DNA from: a virus
Lineage: Duplodnaviria > Caudoviricetes
Virus record (IMG/VR): IMGVR_UViG_3300021082_000318
Span: 1-40,517 of that record
DNA: 40,517 nucleotides
Direction: 5' to 3' (one strand)
This document shows positions 9,015 to 18,545 of this stretch, in pieces. The position numbers and the translations under genes were made by a program. The notes beneath the pieces are model-generated. The model did not search any database. It saw only the letters and a list, made by a program, of their open reading frames with translations, and was not told where the DNA came from. Every line of letters begins with the position of its first letter. The stretch's first letter is position 1.

Positions 9015-10341
9015 TTTCAGGTTGGAGGACTTCACTCGGAGCCAATGGGCACCGGGCGCGCGTGAGATCTGGGAGCCGCGCTTCAGGGAAGTCTCTGCGA
9101 TGTGGCGTGATCTGGAGATTCAGCTAGTAGCACGCAACCTGAAGGCAGGTGCGCTACTGGTCGTCTCACCAGAGGACATGCCGAGGCTTTCGCGCACGGT
9201 TCACGATCTTGGCCTGATACTGGTCATCCTTGCACAGCAGGGTAGGGGAGGTCAGCCTTATGCGTCGACTACTCCGGCCTACGTCGAGGGTCAGCCGTTC
9301 GACTACCGTGTCGCAGTCTGCACAAACATGGTTGCGACGGTCTGGCTCAACGCCTGGGAAACCGGAGACAACGAGACCATTGGTATCCTCTTGGGATATC
9401 CTGAGTGCTGTCGTCGATTCTTCAAAGCTACCTGGGTGGAGAAGAACCTAGTCGATACCACTTGGGAGCAGGCAAGGAACGGCAACGAGCCGGATCTCTA
9501 CGATGTCATCACTGTTGCGCCTGATCCTGCTTGCAACGTTACTTTGCGTCATCTCGGGTTACGCTGGGTGTCGCATCTACCGTGCTCTCTTCACTGCCGA
9601 GCGACCATCGACTACGTTGACAGCATTCGACCTGTCATTCGAGAGCTTTATCCTGAGGCGTATCGGACGCTGAGCGAGGCTCTCCAGTGGCCGGTGAAGT
9701 GGTCGGCACTACATGGCATCGCAGAGATCGTGACCCCGGTGTGCCGCATCATCTCCAGAACCGATGCGACGCTGGTGAAATATACGGTGCACCAGGTAGG
9801 TTCACTGTATCCGGAAGCAGGTGCGAGAGGAACAGAGTTTCCATTCAGGACTCCGGAGCGTCAGCGTATCATGTTTCAGAAGAAGAACACTTGGTCGCTG
9901 AACGGATTCAGCAGCTACGATGCAATGATCAAGGCTCACAACACTGTCATCCATGCGGCGGGTGACATGAAGGGCAAGACGCTCATCGATCTCGGATGTG
10001 GGACTGGACAGCTCTTGAAGGTCTATCGAGGTATCGCTTCTGAGCTGCATGGGGTTGACATCAATCCGGCTGCGATTGCTGCTGCGATACCGGATATGAA
10101 TGTTCGCACTCTGAACATTTTCGACCCCGCCGTATTCGACCGAGACTTTGACGTCGCGTTCATATCGGTCCAACGGTTTGAGGAGAATCCAGAAGGTGCC
10201 GAGATCTTCCTGACCAACCTGATGAGCCGGACCAAGGAGGTTGTGTTCTACTCCTATGCCGAGACGACTGGCTGGGAGTGGGTCCCAAAGACTCCATCAA
10301 TCGTCAGTGGTCACACTTCTGCGACAAAGGTCGTATGGTGA
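9001..10341 (+). CDS. Cys/His-rich (DUF483-like) domain fused to class I SAM-dependent methyltransferase
   Basis: GTG start 9001 after GGAGG; 'LLGYPECC' and 'HLPCSLHC' motifs; C-terminal 'LIDLGCGTG' and 'GVDIN' methyltransferase motifs. Confidence 0.75.
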   Translation: MKCADFRLEDFTRSQWAPGAREIWEPRFREVSAMWRDLEIQLVARNLKAGALLVVSPEDMPRLSRTVHDLGLILVILAQQGRGGQPYASTTPAYVEGQPFDYRVAVCTNMVATVWLNAWETGDNETIGILLGYPECCRRFFKATWVEKNLVDTTWEQARNGNEPDLYDVITVAPDPACNVTLRHLGLRWVSHLPCSLHCRATIDYVDSIRPVIRELYPEAYRTLSEALQWPVKWSALHGIAEIVTPVCRIISRTDATLVKYTVHQVGSLYPEAGARGTEFPFRTPERQRIMFQKKNTWSLNGFSSYDAMIKAHNTVIHAAGDMKGKTLIDLGCGTGQLLKVYRGIASELHGVDINPAAIAAAIPDMNVRTLNIFDPAVFDRDFDVAFISVQRFEENPEGAEIFLTNLMSRTKEVVFYSYAETTGWEWVPKTPSIVSGHTSATKVVW

Positions 10342-10718
10342 ACGTCAGGCGGTATAGCCCAGCAGATCTGAAGGTAATCGACGAACTTTGGCAGAAACAC
10401 CATGCACATCAGTTCTCGTTGCCCAAGCTGCTGCCATCGATTATCGACTGTGTTGTGGAGGACGATAAAGGAATCATAGCGTTTGGGAACTTGAAGGTCT
10501 TTGCTGAGACGGTGATGATCATGGACCACGATCGGTCTCCCATCGTCCGAGCTAAGGCATTCAGGCAGATCATGCCAGTCGCAATCATGGGTGCGCAGAG
10601 GGCTGGCATAGCTGAGATACACGCAACGGTTCAGGACCCGGATTTCGGCGACGTCATGCGGAAACACTACGGATTCAGGGATGTTCTCGGCGAGCATCTC
10701 ATTAAGGATGTGGAGTGA
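10335..10718 (+). CDS. GNAT-fold-like protein in T7 gp13-like position
   Basis: 'VRRYSPADLKVIDEL' start and 'KHYGF' end typical of GNAT folds; lies just before ejection genes. Confidence 0.5.
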   Translation: MVNVRRYSPADLKVIDELWQKHHAHQFSLPKLLPSIIDCVVEDDKGIIAFGNLKVFAETVMIMDHDRSPIVRAKAFRQIMPVAIMGAQRAGIAEIHATVQDPDFGDVMRKHYGFRDVLGEHLIKDVE

Positions 10719-10858
10719 TGGCAATGACAGCAGTAGTCATCCTGTTGCTCTGTGCGGCAGCTTGTCTTCTCGCACACGTCGTCAAGCCAACCGTCCCCCT
10801 GTGGCCTGCAATCTTGTTCGTGCTCGTTGCAGTCCTCGTTACCGTTCTGCCGCGTTAG
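10718..10858 (+). CDS. 46-aa two-TM membrane protein (holin candidate), absent from ORF track
   Basis: TGATG coupling; MAMTAVVILLLCAAACLLAHVVKPTVPLWPAILFVLVAVLVTVLPR fills the intergenic gap. Confidence 0.6.
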   Translation: MAMTAVVILLLCAAACLLAHVVKPTVPLWPAILFVLVAVLVTVLPR

Positions 10859-10867
10859 GAGTGTGTC

Positions 10868-12277
10868 ATGGGTGGCGGGGCTGAGAAGAAAAAGACGAAC
10901 CAGATGATCGATGAGCAGAACAAGTGGGCGCGCTCCGGTGCGAACGCTTACAATGCCATCGCGCAGCCACAACAGCAACAGGCTGTCAACGCTGCGAACA
11001 ACATCCAGCAAACCGCCTTCGACAGCCTGAACAGGGTTGGACAGGGCGCGGGCTGGATTGATCCGTCACTCCGAGAGAAGTATCTGAACTCGCTCGGATA
11101 CGGAGGTGACGGTGGCGGAGGTGGTGGCGGTGGCGGAGGGGGTGGTGCTGCTCCCGGTAGCCGCTACGGTGGTGTCAAAGGACTCTACACCGAGTTCTCT
11201 GGCAAGGGCGGTGGTGTCGATGCAGCACCCATCCGAGCCGCGATGGCAGGGATGCGCTCGATTGCTGGCACTGGTGGCTGGAGTGCGGCTGATCGAGCAG
11301 CGCAGCAGAAGAACATCGCCGGGCTAGAGGAGTTTGGCCGCACTGGAGGCTTCGACGCTGACTCCACGAATCGGATGCGTGGTGGTGGTGTGTTCGAGGA
11401 GTTTCAGAACACAGGCGGTTACACGCCCGAGCAGATGGCCGACATCCGGGCGCGCTCGAACTCCACCCTGCCTGCCTTCTACGACACTGTCCGACAAGGG
11501 CAGAATCGTATGGCAAGCATCCAAGGTGGGAATCCCGCCGCAGCTGCCGCCATGTCTGCCAGGCTGGCCCGAGAGCAGTCGAAGGGGATGCGCGAGCAGA
11601 CTCTCGATACAGAGTTGGGCCTCTCCGACAGGATTCGGGAAGGTCGCCAGTGGGGTGCCGAGGGTGGTGCCGCAGCTGAGGGTGCCTATCAGGGTCTCCG
11701 CACTGGCAACATGATGCAAGGCTTGCAGGGTGCAGGGAGTATGCGTCAAGGCATGCTCTCCGACATCGCCCAGAACCAGCTGGCTGGATCGAAAGGCTGG
11801 ACTGAAGGCGAGCTGGGACTCGGTGGCCTGATTCAGCAGGGCCGATTCTTTGGCACCACAGGTCTGAAGGGTGTTGCAGATGCAGAGCAGGCTGCAGCTA
11901 ACGCAGCGGCCTCTCGATCAGCAGCATCGCGTGCTGACCAAACTCGTGGACTTCAGTGGCTGGCAAACTTCGAGTCCGGCAACACGATGGACTCCGCAGG
12001 TGGGATGATGGACCTCTATCAGTCCACGCCTGGGGAAGTCAACATGTGGAACAACGCCCTGCTCGCCAATCGTGGTCAGCAGATGAACGATACGAACTCG
12101 CAGGTCAGTCAGAGGATGCAGAACAATCCGAATCGTGATTGGGCATCGACCATCGGTGGCCTCGCTGGGGCTGCTGCAGGTGGCATGACTGGTCTCGGAG
12201 CGCTCGGCATTGGCAGTGGCGGACAGCGTAGACAGCAGGGCGGTGGCTATTACAACGGCGGTTACGTAGGAGAATAG
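10868..12277 (+). CDS. putative internal virion / DNA ejection protein
   Basis: MGGG start; Gly/Ala/Gln/Met-rich 469 aa with hydrophobic Gly-rich C-terminal segment. Confidence 0.6.
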   Translation: MGGGAEKKKTNQMIDEQNKWARSGANAYNAIAQPQQQQAVNAANNIQQTAFDSLNRVGQGAGWIDPSLREKYLNSLGYGGDGGGGGGGGGGGGAAPGSRYGGVKGLYTEFSGKGGGVDAAPIRAAMAGMRSIAGTGGWSAADRAAQQKNIAGLEEFGRTGGFDADSTNRMRGGGVFEEFQNTGGYTPEQMADIRARSNSTLPAFYDTVRQGQNRMASIQGGNPAAAAAMSARLAREQSKGMREQTLDTELGLSDRIREGRQWGAEGGAAAEGAYQGLRTGNMMQGLQGAGSMRQGMLSDIAQNQLAGSKGWTEGELGLGGLIQQGRFFGTTGLKGVADAEQAAANAAASRSAASRADQTRGLQWLANFESGNTMDSAGGMMDLYQSTPGEVNMWNNALLANRGQQMNDTNSQVSQRMQNNPNRDWASTIGGLAGAAAGGMTGLGALGIGSGGQRRQQGGGYYNGGYVGE

Positions 12278-12279
12278 CC

Positions 12280-13422
12280 ATGCCATACGAACCCTATCAG
12301 TCGCCGTTCATGAGCAACCGGGTCCAGCGTCAGTTTGGTGATGCGTTCCAACCGGATGACTCACTCTCTGCTTGGAGTCCACAGCAATACGATCCACAGG
12401 ATCAGATGGGCTCCAGCCAGAACTACTACAACGATGTGCGTCAGGCGTATGGTTCGACGCCCGCGCTGAACGCTTATCGTTCACATCTGAGCGAGATGCC
12501 TCAGTCTGAAAACTATCGCCCGACGAAGTGGGACCGCGTCGCTGCTGGTCTTGCTGGCATCTCGTCCGGATTCAAGGACGCCGGTGCTGGTATCAAGACA
12601 GCGATGGGCATGAACCGCTCACGCTACGACACAGCGCTGTCTGATTACTACAACCAGGCGGCACCGCTCAAGGAAGCTGCTGGTCTCGAACGTCAGGGCA
12701 TCGACGACATGGTTGGCCACATCATGAAGGCCAACGAGCTCGGGATCAAATACGACGATTACCGGCGCCAGCTGGAGAAGGATCGTGGAGATCTGGCGGT
12801 TCGGAATCGTGAAGCTGCGACAGGTGAAGGTCGTCTCGGCTGGGATCAGGAGTATGGCAGGAAGCGTCTCGGACAGTTCGACCGAGACATCAACTCCCTT
12901 GCCAGCTTCCGCAACGTCACGGGTGCGGCTCAGACCAGCAATGCCCAGACGAATCGGATGAACGCTGGCACCAATGCGTTCACTGCTCAGACGGGCCGCA
13001 TCAACGCAGGGACCCAGCAGCAGAGCGTCGCCAATCAGGGTCGGAATATCGACTCCCTGATCACCAATCGTGGAGAAGGCACGCTGCAGGGCTGGGCACA
13101 CATCGGCAACGAGAACGAGAGAATCAAGCTGATGGGTAAGTCGGGTGGCACCGACATGGAGAAGTTCCAGCAGAGCGAACTCCAGAACCTGAAGGCGAAG
13201 TATCCCGACTACGTCACAACAGACGACAACGGGGACTACACAATCGACCCGAACGGTGTGCCCTCAGTGAACTCGCCGGAGTATCAGGACTTCCTGAAGT
13301 TCCAGAGCGAGTTTGAGAGCAACGTGAACTACCGTGCGAGGATGGGTCAGATGCAGTTCGGCGGTGGTAACGACCAGAACAGCGCCGACAATCCGTGGGA
13401 ACTGCTCGGGCCAGGACAGTAG
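12280..13422 (+). CDS. putative internal virion / ejection protein
   Basis: 380 aa helical, Gln/Asn-rich; second of three large genes closing the virion operon. Confidence 0.55.
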   Translation: MPYEPYQSPFMSNRVQRQFGDAFQPDDSLSAWSPQQYDPQDQMGSSQNYYNDVRQAYGSTPALNAYRSHLSEMPQSENYRPTKWDRVAAGLAGISSGFKDAGAGIKTAMGMNRSRYDTALSDYYNQAAPLKEAAGLERQGIDDMVGHIMKANELGIKYDDYRRQLEKDRGDLAVRNREAATGEGRLGWDQEYGRKRLGQFDRDINSLASFRNVTGAAQTSNAQTNRMNAGTNAFTAQTGRINAGTQQQSVANQGRNIDSLITNRGEGTLQGWAHIGNENERIKLMGKSGGTDMEKFQQSELQNLKAKYPDYVTTDDNGDYTIDPNGVPSVNSPEYQDFLKFQSEFESNVNYRARMGQMQFGGGNDQNSADNPWELLGPGQ

Positions 13423-13424
13423 CC

Positions 13425-16400
13425 ATGTATCCACCAGACCCGCAACCACGTCGCTATGATCCGTTCGTGAGCCAGCAGACCAACTGGTTCACACCGGATT
13501 TCACACCTGAGGTCCAGCCCCCGGCTCCAAACTTCGGGATGCCAGAGCCATTCTCCTACAACTCTCGGCCACAGCTGGGAGATGGATCGTATGGTCCTGA
13601 AGCGATGCAGAGGCAACAGGCCCCAGCTCCGGCTCCACAGTCGCGACTGGACATACCAGAGCCTGGTCATGAACGCCAGACGAAGTTCCGGTTCCGTAAC
13701 AAGAACACTGGCGAAGTGATGGAGATGGACTGGTATGGTCAGCAGCCTCCAACGCGGGAGGATATCGAACTGTATCAGCGCCAGCAAGAAGGTGGTGGGT
13801 TACAGAAGGCGTGGGACTGGGCCAACAAGCCTCTGACCGATGCTCCCTCCAGAGCGGCTCGGTGGTTGACCAGCATCGCACCTGACGAAGTGGCGATGGG
13901 TGATCGAATCAATCAGTGGACTGGCACCAATCTGGGGGATTACACAGCGGCCGCGACCGGCTTCATGAAGGGCGCTGTCGAGGGGGCTGGTGATGTAGCT
14001 TCATCCTTCACCTCTCCCATGTCCCTCGGACTGATGGCTACCACGGGTGGTGCAGGTCTGTCTGCAAGGGCTGGTTTGGGAGCCGCATCCAAGGCACTGT
14101 CTGCAATCGAGGCAGGAGCCGGTGCTGGTCTGGCAGCACACGGTGGCTATCGTCTTGCCAACGCGGACAACTGGCAGGAGGCGGCATGGGCGCTGCCTGA
14201 GATCGCTGGTGGTGTGCTTGGTGCGAGGGGTGGCTACAATCGATACAATCAGCTTGCCAATCCCCCTGCTCCGCCTCCCATCACGGACCCGACGCGCCTC
14301 TTGCAGCAGGAGAACCCTGTCCTCCCACCGTCCAAGACGGGGCCGCGCTTCTACGCTGGTGCCGCTGGTGTCGCTGATGCTCATGAGGGTGTCTACACAG
14401 AGAACATGAGCAACCTCGCGAATCCGTTCACCGAGAACGCGATGAACATGACGTGGGGTCCGGAGCAGATTGGTGAACAGGTCAAGCTGCCTGCCCAAAT
14501 CGCGGCCGAGATTGGTGTCGAAGGACGACGCCGACCTGTGCGCCCGATGATCGAGCCTATCGAACCCGAGGTCTTCAATCCGGTTGGAGATCCGAATGTC
14601 CTTGCTCCCGGAGAGATTGCAGCACGTAACGAACTCCCCGCAGTGGGTCGTCCTGAGAACCGCCGTGACGTCATGGTCGACGTGATCAAGGACATGGTGG
14701 GTGACGAGCTCAATCTGCCCCGTGACGCACAAGGGAACATCGCTCGTGGTGGTGTTCCTCTGCGTCCACGTGTCGGAGCGATGCCAGACATCCTTGATCC
14801 CAACGCTCCTGCCCTGTCACCAGAGACACCATCGTCAGGTCCACCGGCACCTCCTCCCCCGCCACCCCCAGCTGGGCCGAGGATTGGTGCGGCTGGTCGA
14901 CGAGCGGTGGCGAAGATCGACGAGATTCTTGGGACTGATCCCATTGCTGGTCATCCAGATCCCGACAACGTCACCAACCCACGTCTTGTTGGACTGAAGC
15001 TGCTCCAGCAGGATGGTCAGCGAATCAACGCGGCTGCCGCGCAAGCTGGTATTCCACGCGCCATCTTTGTCAAGCACCTCAAGCGGCTGATCAAGGAGGA
15101 AGGTGGCTTCCTCGACGTCGGCGCTATCGGTGAAGGGTTTGGCAAGGCAAAGGCTGCTGTCGGTGCGAAGGCTACCGAGATAAGCGAGGCTGCCAAGAAG
15201 AAGTTTTCGACCAAAGTTTCGCAGATCGAGAAGACGATTCCGGAGGCAGTGCCGATTCTCCGTGATTGGATGGGCAAGAGGTCGGCGGCTGAGACTCGTG
15301 GTGTCATCGAGGGTGAGAAATTCCGTCATCTTGACGCACCTGAACTGGAGAAGGTCCTCGAGTATCAGGCGCACCCTGAACGCTATCCTGACGTGGCCAA
15401 GTATTTCGAGACCGGTCGCCAGCGTGCCATCGACGCAGACCTGGCACTTGGCCTGAAGGAGAACTACCTGCCCCAGCTCTGGGACAACACACCAGAGGAG
15501 ATCAGTGCAGCGTTCGCCAAGAAATACGGAACGACTGCCAAGCCAGGTGATCCCCTTGCAGTCCCACCTACCCCCAAAGGGCGGGTGACGATGAAGCCGA
15601 CGTTCACTCTCAAATCGGTTGTCGAGAACTACAAGGAAGGCCTGGAGATGGGCCTCAAACCGAAGATCAAGAACATCTCCGAGCTTGTCAACTGGTATGA
15701 GAAGTCTCTCGAAAAGGCCAAGGCTGACAGAGAGTTCTTCTTCAAGATGCGCGACTCAGGCCTCATCCGTCCTGCAGGCAAAGCGCCTCATGGATGGGAG
15801 GATCTGAAGTCGGATTACTTCCCCTCGTTCGGCAAGAAGGGACAGCTGAAGTATACCTATAAGGCGCATCCCGACATCGTGAAGGTGGTCGAGAACTACA
15901 TCAAGCAGCCCACCGGATTCTGGAGTTCCGTGGGTGACGTGGTGCAGACGAGCAAGGACATTGCCATGTCATCTGGCATGGTTCCGGGCACCGCATTAAA
16001 TGCTCATGGGCTGAACATTCTTGCGCGCACGGGAGCCGCTCGGGGAGTCATCAAGGGCACACTGGAGGGCATTGGCTACATGCTCAACACTGGTGCCGAC
16101 AATCCGGTAGCGAGGAAGATCGAGAAGGTCGCACCATGGCAGAGCGCGAAGGCTTACCTCAAGGAGAACTTGAAGGACGCACCGAAGTATGTCGAGCAGG
16201 GGCTGAACATGTCCACGGAGGGGTTCAAGTTTGGTGAAGAACGCCACACCAATCCCTTCCTGAAACTGCACGGCAAATACTTTGAGGACCCACTATTCCA
16301 GAACATGGTCCCAGCGCTCAAGCTCAAGCACGCCAAGGACCTCACCACTCAGTTCATGCGAGATGGCATGACTGAAAAGGTGGCGATGCAGAAGGCTGGC

Positions 16401-17126
16401 AAGATAGCCAACGAGACCTTTGGTGGTATCAATATCGACATGATGTTTCGGGACAAGTCGTTCCAAACCGTCATGCGTTCGGCCCTGATTGCACCAGACT
16501 GGCTGGAATCGAACGCGCGCGTCGGTGTGGGCATGGGCAAGGCGCTTGTCAAGGGAGGCGCTGAGAGCAAGCCTTACAAGCAGATGGCAGCAGGTTTCTT
16601 CGGATCGTATCTGCTTGCCAACGCAGCGAACAAGTTCATGTCGGGTCACTTCATGTGGCAGAACGACCCAGGCCACACGTTGCAGATCGACACTGGCCAG
16701 ACCATCAAATCGGGGAACAAGAGGAAGAAGGTCCACATCAACCCGTTCGGCACAGCATTCGACGCCATCCGACTTCCAGCAGAGACTGTCACTGCCGCGG
16801 CCAAGGGTGATCTAAGTCAGGCGGGACGAATCCTCAAGAACCGTGCCTCACTGCCTGCTGCCTCGTTCGGCAACTGGCTCTACAATGAGGACTGGAGAGG
16901 TCGGGAATTGGGAGGCAAGACGGCGTTCGGAAAGCCTGTTCCCTTTGGCACGTCGGTGCAGAGGAACATCTCCAACATCACTGATCCCTTCACGCCTCAG
17001 TATCTTGGGGCTGCGAAGGAAATGATGTTCGAGGGAACGAGCTTTCCGGAGGCAATCATGGGAGCGGTCGAGGCTCCTGTCAGATTTAGCAGCAAGCCTC
17101 GACCCAAGAGAGCGCGGCGTCGCTAG
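13425..17126 (+). CDS. large internal virion / ejection protein
   Basis: about 1233 aa from ATG 13425; Pro-rich linkers, Gly/Ala hydrophobic segments, basic C-terminal half; last gene of the virion operon. Confidence 0.6.
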   Translation: MYPPDPQPRRYDPFVSQQTNWFTPDFTPEVQPPAPNFGMPEPFSYNSRPQLGDGSYGPEAMQRQQAPAPAPQSRLDIPEPGHERQTKFRFRNKNTGEVMEMDWYGQQPPTREDIELYQRQQEGGGLQKAWDWANKPLTDAPSRAARWLTSIAPDEVAMGDRINQWTGTNLGDYTAAATGFMKGAVEGAGDVASSFTSPMSLGLMATTGGAGLSARAGLGAASKALSAIEAGAGAGLAAHGGYRLANADNWQEAAWALPEIAGGVLGARGGYNRYNQLANPPAPPPITDPTRLLQQENPVLPPSKTGPRFYAGAAGVADAHEGVYTENMSNLANPFTENAMNMTWGPEQIGEQVKLPAQIAAEIGVEGRRRPVRPMIEPIEPEVFNPVGDPNVLAPGEIAARNELPAVGRPENRRDVMVDVIKDMVGDELNLPRDAQGNIARGGVPLRPRVGAMPDILDPNAPALSPETPSSGPPAPPPPPPPAGPRIGAAGRRAVAKIDEILGTDPIAGHPDPDNVTNPRLVGLKLLQQDGQRINAAAAQAGIPRAIFVKHLKRLIKEEGGFLDVGAIGEGFGKAKAAVGAKATEISEAAKKKFSTKVSQIEKTIPEAVPILRDWMGKRSAAETRGVIEGEKFRHLDAPELEKVLEYQAHPERYPDVAKYFETGRQRAIDADLALGLKENYLPQLWDNTPEEISAAFAKKYGTTAKPGDPLAVPPTPKGRVTMKPTFTLKSVVENYKEGLEMGLKPKIKNISELVNWYEKSLEKAKADREFFFKMRDSGLIRPAGKAPHGWEDLKSDYFPSFGKKGQLKYTYKAHPDIVKVVENYIKQPTGFWSSVGDVVQTSKDIAMSSGMVPGTALNAHGLNILARTGAARGVIKGTLEGIGYMLNTGADNPVARKIEKVAPWQSAKAYLKENLKDAPKYVEQGLNMSTEGFKFGEERHTNPFLKLHGKYFEDPLFQNMVPALKLKHAKDLTTQFMRDGMTEKVAMQKAGKIANETFGGINIDMMFRDKSFQTVMRSALIAPDWLESNARVGVGMGKALVKGGAESKPYKQMAAGFFGSYLLANAANKFMSGHFMWQNDPGHTLQIDTGQTIKSGNKRKKVHINPFGTAFDAIRLPAETVTAAAKGDLSQAGRILKNRASLPAASFGNWLYNEDWRGRELGGKTAFGKPVPFGTSVQRNISNITDPFTPQYLGAAKEMMFEGTSFPEAIMGAVEAPVRFSSKPRPKRARRR

Positions 17127-17350
17127 GGGCCAACACGCTGTGTCCGAGCGACAGCACCATTCGCCCAGAACATGGCTTCCTCCAGCTTCGTGAACATGAG
17201 CGACTTCTCCCGTCCCTCGGGAATGGTGTCGTTCATCTTCAGGGCCAGGTCCTTGAACTCCTCACGAATCATGTCGTGAGCTTCAATGATCTGGTCCGCC
17301 GTGGGTGGATGGTGCTTGAATCGCTCGATGAGTTCTTCGTCACTGGTCAT
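17123..17350 (-). CDS. Acb2/Tad1-like helical hairpin protein (candidate immune-signal sponge)
   Basis: ATG 17350 with GAGG RBS; 75 aa; 'FKHHPP...GREKSLMFTKLEEAMFWANGAVAR' motif. Confidence 0.65.
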   Translation of the reverse strand: MTSDEELIERFKHHPPTADQIIEAHDMIREEFKDLALKMNDTIPEGREKSLMFTKLEEAMFWANGAVARTQRVGP

Positions 17351-17357
17351 GGTATCC

Positions 17358-18545
17358 TCACTGCGACAACTTGCTGAAGTTTTCGACAACCTTTGAGCTC
17401 AGTATGTAGTAGGTATCTCCACCCCCTTCACTGACCTTCACGGCCTTCTGCTGCTGCAAGGACTCCATGATACGATCCAAGTCATACGAGTCCAGATGCC
17501 CCCAGTATTTCGTTAGGATCTCTGACTTGGACGCTGAGAACGTCGGAGGCCTGCTAATAAGCTCCTTGAGAACAAGCGCTGTCTGTGGTCCGAGAGGATT
17601 CTTTCCGGCACCCATCGTAACGCGACGAACGCCAGGCACTGTTCGCCTTGCCTGCTCCAGAGCCTCCTCGATATCCTCCTTTTCAAGGACGAGGTCCAGT
17701 TTTCTGGAGAGGGAGATAAGCATCGCGATCTTGAGGATCGTGTCGTGGATTCTCTCCAACGTGCCCGTATCGTCATCGTTGACCTTTGAGTTGAACTCGG
17801 TATACCACTTGTCGTAAAGGTCGCGCCCTTCCTCTGACCACTTGAACTCACCCTCTATCGCCTTCACCTGCTCTACATACTTCTGTAGGTCCCCTATCTC
17901 CAGTGAGTTGACGGGCCTACGTGTCAGCGAGTTGATTCCATTCTTACGGTCAGCATACACGATCACAGTGCGCGCGATGAACCCACCGCCCAGAGCATTC
18001 TCCGGCACGGCCTCCTTGAAGTGGACCTCGTTACTGGCCCCTAGCATGGAGAGACAGACGTTCTTGAGCTTCTCATTGCCCGACACCTTCGTCATGTTCG
18101 ACCAACCATCAGGGTGGTAGTGCCCATCATATAGATCGGTGAGGATCGTGAGGGCTTGCTGGTCTTGGATGATGAACGACGCGAACTCTGAGCTGCTCAA
18201 GTAGCCTACTGAGTCGACAAGTGGTGGCCCTCCCTGAATCGAATGAGCGGTTGACAACTCGCTGATGACCTTCTGGATGGATGTTCGTCCCGAGATCACC
18301 CGCGTAACTTTCGCCCCTGACACCAGCTGCTTGGCAAGGGCGACTGGTATGCCCTTCCTGATCCCCGACTTTCCAATCAACAGGACGTAGAGGTTCGGAT
18401 AGAGCTTGTAGTAGAACTTGTCGAGGAACACTTTGTTCCGGACAACTCCCGACAAAGCTGCAAGACCGGCCCAATAGAAGTATTGCTTTGGAGATTCCGA
18501 TTCCCGAGCATACTCTAGGACCTTGTCAAGCCACGGACTTGACAC
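17358..18545 (-). CDS. DUF3987/YfjI-like P-loop ATPase (putative replicative helicase)
   Basis: 'YPNLYVLLIGKSGIRKG' Walker A variant, 'SSEF', 'LTDLYD', 'GGFIAR'; directly downstream of the polymerase. Confidence 0.65.
   Translation of the reverse strand: MSSPWLDKVLEYARESESPKQYFYWAGLAALSGVVRNKVFLDKFYYKLYPNLYVLLIGKSGIRKGIPVALAKQLVSGAKVTRVISGRTSIQKVISELSTAHSIQGGPPLVDSVGYLSSSEFASFIIQDQQALTILTDLYDGHYHPDGWSNMTKVSGNEKLKNVCLSMLGASNEVHFKEAVPENALGGGFIARTVIVYADRKNGINSLTRRPVNSLEIGDLQKYVEQVKAIEGEFKWSEEGRDLYDKWYTEFNSKVNDDDTGTLERIHDTILKIAMLISLSRKLDLVLEKEDIEEALEQARRTVPGVRRVTMGAGKNPLGPQTALVLKELISRPPTFSASKSEILTKYWGHLDSYDLDRIMESLQQQKAVKVSEGGGDTYYILSSKVVENFSKLSQ

Noticed and set aside
11101-11150. GGT/GGC repeat as a regulatory microsatellite
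   Set aside because: Simply encodes a poly-Gly linker in an ejection protein.
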